DNA from: Candidatus Kapaibacterium sp.
Lineage (GTDB): Bacteria > Bacteroidota > Ignavibacteria > Palsa-1295
DNA length: 64,000 nt
Reading direction: 5' to 3'
NCBI GenBank assembly: GCA_038210275.1
Contig: JBBQWV010000011.1
Location: 6,393-70,392, forward strand
A program made the position numbers and the translations under genes. Below the pieces are notes generated by a model. The model had not been told where the DNA came from, made no database searches, and was given only the letters and a program-made list of their open reading frames with translations. Below, in pieces: positions 46,369 through 53,436 of this stretch; the first letter of the stretch is position 1, and the number at the start of each line of letters is the position of its first letter.

Positions 46369-48507
46369 TTAATTCGTTCTCAGCATTATTTGCTTTGCAG
46401 ACTGGTCCGGTTGTGAAAGAAACTTCTCAATGCGGTCAAGCTTCGCCTTCATTGAGGTAACCTCAGCATTCGATTTGCGAAGTTCGATGACTTCTTTCTG
46501 AAGAGCTTCAATCTCTGTCTGTTCGTGGCTCATGATCTCGCTCATTGTCTTTGCATTCAAACCGACAGCAACTTTAATATATTTAATTCCTTCGAGTGGT
46601 GAAGAAGCCCAGGCTCTGCCGATCACCATAGTAAACTGTTCAGGGGTGATCATCTGAGCAGCAACCGCAGTTCCTAATCCGTCATTTTTACCCGAGGCGA
46701 TAATAAAATCACCCTCATGTACAATACCCATAACTTTCACCGGCACCTGTCCGAGAAAACCTACTTTATTGTAATTCGCTTCTTCTCCACGAGGAGGTAC
46801 GTTACCAAGAACGATCGGTGCAAGCGAAATTGATAACACGCTCTGAGCGCCGTCAGTATTTTTGGAGATCAATCCGTTCTTCACACCAACAATATCACCG
46901 GGATAAAGCTTCTCTGAAGTATTTGCACGTTTAAGATATTCAGCATAATCACCGGCTGAAGATTGATAGGAAACTCCAAGTTGAGAAGTCTCGATTCCTG
47001 TAATCACGGCAAACTGAGCGATCTGAACTGCGATGCCAACTGCCTGCGCAGCAAATCCAACACCTTCAGGTATTCCGACAACTGTTGCAGCAGATGCTGC
47101 GGCGGCAACAAGTTCGGCAGCTGCGACAACTATGTTTGCAGCATTGATCGTAGTATTCGCAATAAAGATCGGATCATTCGTATAATCTGAGAGATCTTGA
47201 CCTTGGATACTTCCACGAGCATTAGCGCTACTTGCGTCATAGAAGTCTGCAAAATGGGTATTGCTGTTTAATCCGACACCAGTTTGAGAAGTACAATGAA
47301 TTTCTAATCCCTGCAAACTACTGGTATTAATTTTAGCAGCATATCCAGAGCCAGTACCATTGACTGTAAACTCGCCAGTGCCTTCATTGATCGTGGTGTT
47401 ACCCACATTCATTGTTACACTTCCGCCACCATTAATTATTGTATTACCACCCGCAATAGTAGTATTGCCGATTGCATCTATCGTGAATCTCGGTGTATTG
47501 CCCGTGACTAAGTTCACAGTATTGCCGGTTCTGGTGCCGATGTTAATGTTTGCATTAGCAACGATCTGGTGCGTTGCGCTATTTCCGTCAAGCCAGATAC
47601 TTCCACCAACCTTCTGAATACCAGTAACGATCTGATCGCCGATGATACGCGAATCCCAAACTGGATCAGCAGCTACATTTAATACCGTAGCATTTGCAGC
47701 ACCATTGACTACGAGAAGATTATTGCTATTGCCGGTTGTGATGTTGACACCGGTACCGGTACCTGTAGTAGATACGTTCAATGCCGTTGCCCCACTTCCG
47801 ACATTCGAGATGGCGAACTGACCTGCACGACCTGTTCCTGTGGTCGCAACATCAAGGACTGGTGAGCTATTTCCTGAAAATGTCGAGAAGAAACCAGCGC
47901 GACCGGAAGTTCCGGTGTGGATCGAACTAAAAGCATCTTGTGTGCCTACTTCGTTAACCTGCAAATGACTTGCAGCAGCAGCAGGAATTCCGATAGAAAT
48001 ATTCCCACCTCCGAGAATGCGCATACGCTCAATGAGATTTGTACGGAAAACGAAATCTGTTGCTTCGTTCGTACCGATGAAATCCACTGTTGGGTCTGTA
48101 AGGAAATTACCTTTTGTCATCCAAGGAGAAGCATACGCTGAGCCATTATAAAAATCCAACGAACGCTTATCGGTATTCACAACGATTAAGCCGAGTGGCG
48201 GGCTGCCACCACAGATCGCAAGTTCTTGCACATTAGTCATTCTCGGCGGAAGAAATCCTTTCGAGGTTGAACTGAGATCAAGCAATGCACAACTGCTTGG
48301 GAAGCCTGGAGTTGTCAGCCCTGTCGCATCAATGCCGAGTGAACCGAGGCGGTCAATCAGATAGACGTTATTTGCACTAACGAGGTCTCCGGCATCTATT
48401 AAGAGGCGGCGTACACCAAATGTACGTCCGACAAACTGCGCGTTTGCTGCGGCAAAGGTTGAAACGATCACCAAGCAGGTAATCGCGAGATAGGTCAGCT
48501 TTCTCAT
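46369..48507 (-). CDS. Secreted tail-fibre-like beta-helical protein with a C-terminal coiled coil
   Basis: 712 aa. Signal peptide ending ANAQ/F. Motifs LLDLSSTSKGFLPPRMTNVQELAI and GNFLTDPTVDFIGTNEATDFVFRTNLIERMRI are typical of tail-fibre-domain proteins. Long G/T/N-rich repeats, then GFLGQVPVKVMGIVHEGDFIIASG, then the heptad coiled coil EIEALQKEVIELRKSNAEV. Confidence 0.55.
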   Translation of the reverse strand: MRKLTYLAITCLVIVSTFAAANAQFVGRTFGVRRLLIDAGDLVSANNVYLIDRLGSLGIDATGLTTPGFPSSCALLDLSSTSKGFLPPRMTNVQELAICGGSPPLGLIVVNTDKRSLDFYNGSAYASPWMTKGNFLTDPTVDFIGTNEATDFVFRTNLIERMRILGGGNISIGIPAAAASHLQVNEVGTQDAFSSIHTGTSGRAGFFSTFSGNSSPVLDVATTGTGRAGQFAISNVGSGATALNVSTTGTGTGVNITTGNSNNLLVVNGAANATVLNVAADPVWDSRIIGDQIVTGIQKVGGSIWLDGNSATHQIVANANINIGTRTGNTVNLVTGNTPRFTIDAIGNTTIAGGNTIINGGGSVTMNVGNTTINEGTGEFTVNGTGSGYAAKINTSSLQGLEIHCTSQTGVGLNSNTHFADFYDASSANARGSIQGQDLSDYTNDPIFIANTTINAANIVVAAAELVAAAASAATVVGIPEGVGFAAQAVGIAVQIAQFAVITGIETSQLGVSYQSSAGDYAEYLKRANTSEKLYPGDIVGVKNGLISKNTDGAQSVLSISLAPIVLGNVPPRGEEANYNKVGFLGQVPVKVMGIVHEGDFIIASGKNDGLGTAVAAQMITPEQFTMVIGRAWASSPLEGIKYIKVAVGLNAKTMSEIMSHEQTEIEALQKEVIELRKSNAEVTSMKAKLDRIEKFLSQPDQSAKQIMLRTN

Positions 48508-48597
48508 AAGTTATTGATAAGAAATAGTTAATAAGGAATCTAAAGACTCCCTGTGGTTAAAACTGAATACAAATATACGGTTATTTAATGTGAACAA

Positions 48598-48624
48598 ATG
48601 AAAAACCCGCGAATTTGCGGGCTT
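48598..48624 (-). terminator. Intrinsic terminator after rpoZ
   Basis: Stem CCCGC-GAATTT-GCGGG, followed on the minus strand by TTTTTCATTT. Confidence 0.65.
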
Positions 48625-48646
48625 TCAGAAATTTTGGAAAATGGTA

Positions 48647-48949
48647 TTATTCCGGGACTGCGTCACGGAATCGGAACTCGAGCTTTCCGGCTTGGAATTC
48701 CTTCAAAGCCTCTAAAGTCGGCTTGCCGCGTTTTTCGATCTCCAAAGAGATGCGCATTTGGTCAAAATTCGTCGTTTCGAATTCATCGTCCTCTTCTTCC
48801 ATTGGGACTAAGGTGGATATACGAGCCATATACTCGGTTTTGATCTCGTCATTGATCTGACGAGCACGTTTGGCAGTAATAGCGATCGCCTGATAGAGCG
48901 TTTCGCCTTGCTTTGTCATTTTTTCGAGATCTACCGGTATAATACCCAT
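48647..48949 (-). CDS. rpoZ: DNA-directed RNA polymerase omega subunit
   Basis: 100 aa from the ATG at 48949. LYQAIAITAKRARQINDE matches the omega core helix. The track ORF extension upstream runs through repeat A5. Confidence 0.7.
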   Translation of the reverse strand: MGIIPVDLEKMTKQGETLYQAIAITAKRARQINDEIKTEYMARISTLVPMEEEDDEFETTNFDQMRISLEIEKRGKPTLEALKEFQAGKLEFRFRDAVPE

Positions 48950-49027
48950 GATATTTTTCCTTATAAAATTAGGAGATACGAAACACCTTTCTTGGACGAG
49001 AGGTTCAAAAAAAGGGAAAAGCGACCG

Positions 49028-49079
49028 TGGGTTTGAGTTTTGAGTTAAGAACTCAAAATTCATAACTCAAAACTTTCCC
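49028..49079. repeat. Family A hairpin element (A5)
   Basis: GGGTTTGAGTTTTGAGTTAAGAACTCAAAATTCATAACTCAAAACTTTCCC. Confidence 0.7.
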
Positions 49080-49087
49080 GGTATATT

Positions 49088-49699
49088 TTATTGAAGTTGT
49101 TTAATTACGAGATGCGCCGAGACGGGGTGAGTTCCTCCTGCTAAGGGTGTGATCGTCAATGCAGTAGGATTTCCGGCAGGATTAATAACCTCGACGATAG
49201 AATTAATTACCGATGTTGTAATAAGAGACGTACCGGTAAGCTGGCTTGTACCTGTTGCTCTTCCGACAACTGAATTCGCTATGCTAATTCCATTCACTCG
49301 AAGCATTAACTGGCCGGGTTCATTGACGCTCACCTGAAAGGATACTTCGTATGTACCGATATTTGGCAAGTTAAATGTTGATGGACCCGTACGGCTAATA
49401 ACTCCGGAATTAGAACCATCTTGGGGAAAAGAAACGGCATTATTCGCTGCAACCGTTGCAGCATTATCTGGCGGCATCAGTGCAAAAAAATCAGCAAAGG
49501 GAAGGGTTGATGTACTTGTGACCAGTGTTCCGCCGCCGGCAGGCAAGGTGTAAGTTGCGGTCGTAGGTGATGCCTTAATAGTAGAGTAATGCCCCATGCC
49601 ATCATCTACTTGCAGAGAATGTTCACCCGACTGGGCATTGGCATTCGAAATACACAAACAAAAAATAAAGAGGGTAATGGATAAAAGACGAAGTTTCAT
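49088..49699 (-). CDS. Secreted protein with a C1q/TNF-like (BclA C-terminal-like) jelly-roll domain
   Basis: 203 aa. Signal peptide ending ANAQ/S. The C-terminal pattern FNLPNIGTYEVSFQVSV..PGQLMLRVNG..I..S.VG....TSQLTG..LI....INS.VEV.N resembles BclA_C/C1q domains. Recognition is by eye only. Confidence 0.45.
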   Translation of the reverse strand: MKLRLLSITLFIFCLCISNANAQSGEHSLQVDDGMGHYSTIKASPTTATYTLPAGGGTLVTSTSTLPFADFFALMPPDNAATVAANNAVSFPQDGSNSGVISRTGPSTFNLPNIGTYEVSFQVSVNEPGQLMLRVNGISIANSVVGRATGTSQLTGTSLITTSVINSIVEVINPAGNPTALTITPLAGGTHPVSAHLVIKQLQ

Positions 49700-49818
49700 G
49701 GCGATTTTTGAAATAAATAAAAAGATAATTCGATAATGCAGTCTAAAATACTATAGCGAAGGTACAAAAATACAAAAGAAATGGAAGACGACTTGCAAAA
49801 GGATTGTGATCGGGCGAG

Positions 49819-49873
49819 AGGGGATTGAATTTTGAGTTAAGAATTCAAAACTCAAAACTCAAAACTCTTCCCG
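49819..49873. repeat. Family A hairpin element (A6)
   Basis: GAGGGGATTGAATTTTGAGTTAAGAATTCAAAACTCAAAACTCAAAACTCTTCCC, just downstream of the gmk stop. Confidence 0.7.
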
Positions 49874-49878
49874 TGTCA

Positions 49879-50436
49879 TTAGTTTTCAGAAGCAATCAGT
49901 GCCTCCACTTCTGCAACAGCCTTATCCAGATCGTCGTTAATAACGATATGCGCATAGACGCTTGCCATTCCCATTTCCATTTCGGCGCGTTCAAGTCTGC
50001 GTTCGATAATTTCTTTGGTCTCGCTTCCGCGCTTATTTAGTCGTTCGCCAAGAACTTCAAGTGAAGGTGGGGCGATGAATATAAGAAGCGTATGATCGGG
50101 ATAGCGTGAATGAATCGAGATCCCGCCTTTGACGTCAATATCAAAGAGTAAAGTTTTGCCGGCGGATTTTGCACGGTCTATTTCTGAGATGAGTGTACCA
50201 TAATAATTTCCGAAAATTTCTTCGTACTCGATGAGGCTATTATCCTTGATCTTTTTTAAGAAATCCTCTTTGGTCAGAAAATAATAATCCACGCCTTCAC
50301 GCTCTCCTTCGCGCATTTTGCGAGTAGTAGCAGAAATGCTGAAAGTGAGTTGATCCGAATGCGCAGCGAGAATCCGCTTGGTGATGGTTGTCTTGCCTGC
50401 TCCCGAAGGTGCGCTGATAACGATGAGTTGTTTCAT
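49879..50436 (-). CDS. gmk: Guanylate kinase
   Basis: 185 aa with P-loop SAPSGAGKTT and conserved GMP-binding blocks. Confidence 0.95.
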   Translation of the reverse strand: MKQLIVISAPSGAGKTTITKRILAAHSDQLTFSISATTRKMREGEREGVDYYFLTKEDFLKKIKDNSLIEYEEIFGNYYGTLISEIDRAKSAGKTLLFDIDVKGGISIHSRYPDHTLLIFIAPPSLEVLGERLNKRGSETKEIIERRLERAEMEMGMASVYAHIVINDDLDKAVAEVEALIASEN

Positions 50437-50451
50437 TTTTTTTTAATTTTG

Positions 50452-50571
50452 TGTCATTGCGAGAAGGGCTTTAGCCCGACGAATCAATCCCCTGATAGTT
50501 TGTAGTTCCTAAATCTCTACCACGAATTAGGGGATTGCTTCGTCGTTGCTACGCGACTCCTCGCAATGACA
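50452..50571. repeat. Family C MITE-like palindromic element, copy C4
   Basis: Termini TGTCATTGCGAG and CTCGCAATGACA. Internal GGGCTTTAGCCC hairpin and the GATAGTTTGTAG..CTACCACGA module, shared with C1 (inverted) and C5. Confidence 0.75.
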
Positions 50572-50574
50572 CAT

Positions 50575-51369
50575 TTATTTCCCTTCAAATTTTGGAGCAC
50601 GTTTTTCTTTAAATGCTTTGTAAAATTCTTTGTGATCTGCTGTTTGCATCATTAACGCTTGAGCGGTTGCTTCCTGTTCGATCGCAGTCGAAATATCCAT
50701 CAGCCATTCATTATTGATCAGGCGTTTGGTAAGTCCGAGAGCAAGTGATGCGCTTTCGGCTAAGCGTTTTGCAAGAGCCATTGTTTCATTCTCCAGTTCA
50801 GAAAGTTCAACAACTTTATTCGCAAGCCCAACACGAAGAGCTTCATCGCTCGAAATTTTATCACCGAGCATCAGATATTCTGTTGCATGAGCAAGCCCCA
50901 CGACTTTCGGAAGTAAAAATACTGCACCCATATCGGCAGCAGTCAAGCCGACTTTCTGGAACAGAAATGCAATATTCGCTTCTTTTGAAAGAATCCTGAA
51001 ATCACTTGCAAGAGCTATCACAGCCCCAGCCCCCGCGGCAATACCATTGATCGAAGCGATGATCGGTTTTTCGAGTTGGCGCATATTGACGATGAGTTCG
51101 CCAGTCATGCGCGTGAACTCAAGCAAGCCTTTCACATCGCGCTGAAAAAGATCGCCGATGATCTTATGCACGTCGCCGCCGGAGCAAAAGCCCTTGCCTT
51201 CACCTTCGATCACGACAACTTTCACATCGTCATCAGACCGAAGACCATACATCAAGTCTGTCAGATCACGATAGACTTTGAATGTCAGCGAGCCAAGAGT
51301 CTTCGGACGCGCAAAGCGCACACGCGCAATATGATCGGTTACTGAATAATGAAACGAGTCTGTCTGCAT
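50575..51369 (-). CDS. Enoyl-CoA hydratase/isomerase family protein
   Basis: 264 aa crotonase fold with motifs GEGKGFCSGGDV and INGIAAGAGAVIAL. Confidence 0.9.
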   Translation of the reverse strand: MQTDSFHYSVTDHIARVRFARPKTLGSLTFKVYRDLTDLMYGLRSDDDVKVVVIEGEGKGFCSGGDVHKIIGDLFQRDVKGLLEFTRMTGELIVNMRQLEKPIIASINGIAAGAGAVIALASDFRILSKEANIAFLFQKVGLTAADMGAVFLLPKVVGLAHATEYLMLGDKISSDEALRVGLANKVVELSELENETMALAKRLAESASLALGLTKRLINNEWLMDISTAIEQEATAQALMMQTADHKEFYKAFKEKRAPKFEGK

Positions 51370-51431
51370 AAGAGAAAAATTGAGAGTACCTTAACACGAA
51401 CTTCCGAAAATAGGTCAATAGAAATATATGA

Positions 51432-51845
51432 TCAGAATATCAGGACTAAACTTCCACCTATAATCAGCGCTGCGCCGATAGCAGTCTTTATGGTAATAGC
51501 CTCCCTGAGAAATATCGCTGCAAGGATGATAGCAAAGGCAACACTTAGTTTATCTACCGGAGCAACTTTTGATACATCTCCGATGGATAGCGCCTTAAAG
51601 TAAAATATCCAGGAAAGTCCGGTTGCAATTCCTGAAAGGACAAGGAATAGAATATTCTCTTTCGAAAGAGTAGCAAGATCTTTTCCATTACCCCTGAAAA
51701 AAACTATTCCCCATGCAATGAAAAGAATAACGACAGTTCGCACAGCCGTTGCCAGATTCGAGTCAACTCCTTTAATGCCGATCTTTGCAAAGATCGCCGT
51801 CAGTGCTGCGAATGCCGCTGATAGAAGAGCATATATCCACCACAT
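51432..51845 (-). CDS. Small EamA/DMT-family membrane transporter
   Basis: 137 aa with four hydrophobic helices and a single EamA-like domain. Confidence 0.7.
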   Translation of the reverse strand: MWWIYALLSAAFAALTAIFAKIGIKGVDSNLATAVRTVVILFIAWGIVFFRGNGKDLATLSKENILFLVLSGIATGLSWIFYFKALSIGDVSKVAPVDKLSVAFAIILAAIFLREAITIKTAIGAALIIGGSLVLIF

Positions 51846-51859
51846 AATTTATCCTCCGA

Positions 51860-51877
51860 TGAATAAAAATTTATTCA
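51860..51877. promoter_or_regulatory. Perfect palindrome TGAATAAA-AA-TTTATTCA upstream of the EamA gene
   Basis: 8-2-8 inverted repeat ending 15 nt upstream of the EamA start codon. Operator function is inferred only. Confidence 0.3.
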
Positions 51878-51917
51878 CTAATTAACCATCCTTTATTAGT
51901 GATAATTGCTAATAAAA
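51871..51917. promoter_or_regulatory. AT-rich palindromic motif block, left copy (TTTATTAG-N9-CTAATAAA plus TTCACTAATTAA)
   Basis: Arms at 51892-51899 and 51909-51916. The reverse complement of this block aligns with 53155..53210 on the far side of the Fic gene. Confidence 0.45.
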
Positions 51918-51940
51918 CTTATTACAGTAAGTCTAATTAA

Positions 51941-51978
51941 TAAAAAGCACAGCCGATGCCTTATTTGATCGGCTGCGC
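51941..51978 (-). terminator. Intrinsic terminator of the Fic gene
   Basis: On the minus strand, stem GCGCAGCCGAT / ATCGGCTGTGC spans the stop codon and is followed by TTTTTATTAATT. Confidence 0.7.
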
Positions 51979-53139
51979 TCCTTTTTCGAGAATGCGGTAA
52001 TAGGTGCGATAGCGAAACATTCTATCGCGCTTTTTCCCGGTTATCTCTTCGATGATCTTCATCTCACCGAGTTTATCGAATGCTGCAACGGCAGTCGGCA
52101 TCGAAAGTTTGAGCTTCTTCGCCGCTTCGGGAATCGTTGCCACCATCTGCTTTTTGAGCAGATCATGGACGCGAAGTGCCGTCGGAGCAAAGCGCTCCAG
52201 CCGCTCAAGCTTCTTGCGGTCTTTTGCAAAAAGATCGAGCAATGCCGTCGCTGTTTGCGTAGCTTGTTCGGATGCGGCAAGCACTCCTTCGAGGAAAAAG
52301 CCGAGCCAGCGTTCCCATTCGCCGTGAGTGCGAACGGCATCAAGCATTTCATAATATGCCGAGCGATTCTCTTTGAAATAGAGACTCGGATATAATGCCG
52401 GATAGCGTAGCGCACCTTCAGCACAAAGCAATAGCGTGATCAGCAAACGTCCGACGCGCCCATTGCCATCTAAGAATGGATGGATGGTTTCGAATTGAAC
52501 ATGTACTAAAGCCGCCTTGATAAGTGATGGAGTCCTGACGGGATCATCATGAATGAATTTCTCCATCGCCGAAATTGCTTGTGGCAATTCATTCGGCGGC
52601 GGTGGCACGAACCGCGCATTTCCCGGACGCGAACCGCCGATCCAGTTTTGTGATGTACGGAATTCACCCGGCTTTTTATGAGAGCCTCTTCCGCTCGAAA
52701 GCAAAATGCCATGCAGCTCACGCATCAATCGTTGCGAAAGCGGAAAGCCGCCTCGGATGCGTTTCAAGCCATGCTCTATTGCAAGAACATAATTCGAAAC
52801 TTCCTTTGCATCATCAAGCGAACCTGTCATCTCAGGTTTTATCGCAGCATCATTCTCGAAGATCAGTAGATCCGAGAGTGTCGTCTGCGAACCTTCGATC
52901 TGCGAAGAGAGAAGCGCTTCTTTCCGAACGTAGAAATGCAGGAAGATCCCCATATCCGGCAATAGCGATGAGTACGCATCAAGCCTGCCAAGTGAGCGAT
53001 TGCCGCTATCAAGCAATTCCTGAAGATCGGCCGTAAGCACAAGCGCCGGTTTCGGAGGAAGCGGATCAGGCACAAATGCCTTGACATGCTCTCCGCCGAC
53101 CGATGTAGTGACATACTTCCCCGTGATCTTCCGTTTCAT
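51961..53139 (-). CDS. Fic-family protein (class II, with N-terminal inhibitory motif and C-terminal wHTH-like domain)
   Basis: 392 aa. Fic core HPFLDGNGRVGR, upstream inhibitory-type motif SSQIEG (S/T-x-x-x-E-G/N), and a helical C-terminus resembling a winged HTH. Confidence 0.9.
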   Translation of the reverse strand: MKRKITGKYVTTSVGGEHVKAFVPDPLPPKPALVLTADLQELLDSGNRSLGRLDAYSSLLPDMGIFLHFYVRKEALLSSQIEGSQTTLSDLLIFENDAAIKPEMTGSLDDAKEVSNYVLAIEHGLKRIRGGFPLSQRLMRELHGILLSSGRGSHKKPGEFRTSQNWIGGSRPGNARFVPPPPNELPQAISAMEKFIHDDPVRTPSLIKAALVHVQFETIHPFLDGNGRVGRLLITLLLCAEGALRYPALYPSLYFKENRSAYYEMLDAVRTHGEWERWLGFFLEGVLAASEQATQTATALLDLFAKDRKKLERLERFAPTALRVHDLLKKQMVATIPEAAKKLKLSMPTAVAAFDKLGEMKIIEEITGKKRDRMFRYRTYYRILEKGAQPIK

Positions 53140-53154
53140 CGCTAATTAAAGATG

Positions 53155-53210
53155 CTTTATTAGCAGAATTCACTAATAAAGATTGTACGTATAACTTTAA
53201 TTAGTAAAAA
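53155..53210. promoter_or_regulatory. AT-rich palindromic motif block, right copy (CTTTATTAG-N9-CTAATAAAG plus TTAATTAGTAAA)
   Basis: 9-9-9 palindrome at 53155-53181, lying 16-42 nt upstream of the Fic ATG. It has the same arms and spacer length as the left copy. Confidence 0.45.
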
Positions 53211-53240
53211 TTGGTTCACATCAATAGGTTAGAATAATAA

Positions 53241-53427
53241 CGTCATTGCGAGGAGTCCGCTTGCAGACGACGTGGCAATTCCATTAAGCTCACTGTCATT
53301 CCGAAAGGAGATTTTTCATGCAAAGCATGAAAAACGATGTGAGGAATCCCATGATAGTTTGTAGCCCCTAAGTCTCTACCACGATGTAGGGGATTGCCAC
53401 ACCGGGCTAAAGCCCGGCTCGCAATGA
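53241..53427. repeat. Family C composite element (C5) with a nested module
   Basis: Termini GTCATTGCGAGGAGTC and CTCGCAATGAC, as in C4. It also carries an internal insertion at 53293-53349 (TGTCATTCCGAAAGGAGATTTTTCATGCAAAGCATGAAAAACGATGTGAGGAATCCC) that is about 93 percent identical to the left part of C1. Confidence 0.75.
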
Positions 53428-53436
53428 CACTCAAAA

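Noticed and set aside
48950-49063. N-terminal extension of the rpoZ ORF (MNFEFLTQNS...). Similar MNFEF/MLNFEF-type ORFs occur at 35915-36136 and 49825-50040.
   Set aside because: These start inside family A hairpin repeats, and the similar peptide starts are a by-product of the repeat sequence. The internal ATG gives a normal-length omega subunit.
46369-49699. Possible prophage or tailocin remnant, suggested by the tail-fibre-like and C1q/BclA-like genes.
   Set aside because: No capsid, portal, terminase, sheath, baseplate, integrase or lysis genes are present. rpoZ lies between the two genes, and each gene has its own signal peptide.
35911-49873. Possibility that the recurring hairpin repeats form a CRISPR array.
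   Set aside because: The copies are kilobases apart and separated by genes. They are imperfect and variable in length, and no cas genes are present.
51600-51620. AGGAAAGTCCGG, which resembles the conserved RNase P RNA core motif.
   Set aside because: It is embedded in-frame in the EamA transporter gene, with no surrounding RNase P-like helices. I treat it as a chance match.
52059-53114. Several 60-150 aa ORFs on both strands inside the Fic gene.
   Set aside because: They overlap a well-supported 392 aa Fic ORF with intact catalytic and inhibitory motifs, and their Arg/Ser-rich composition is typical of out-of-frame translation.
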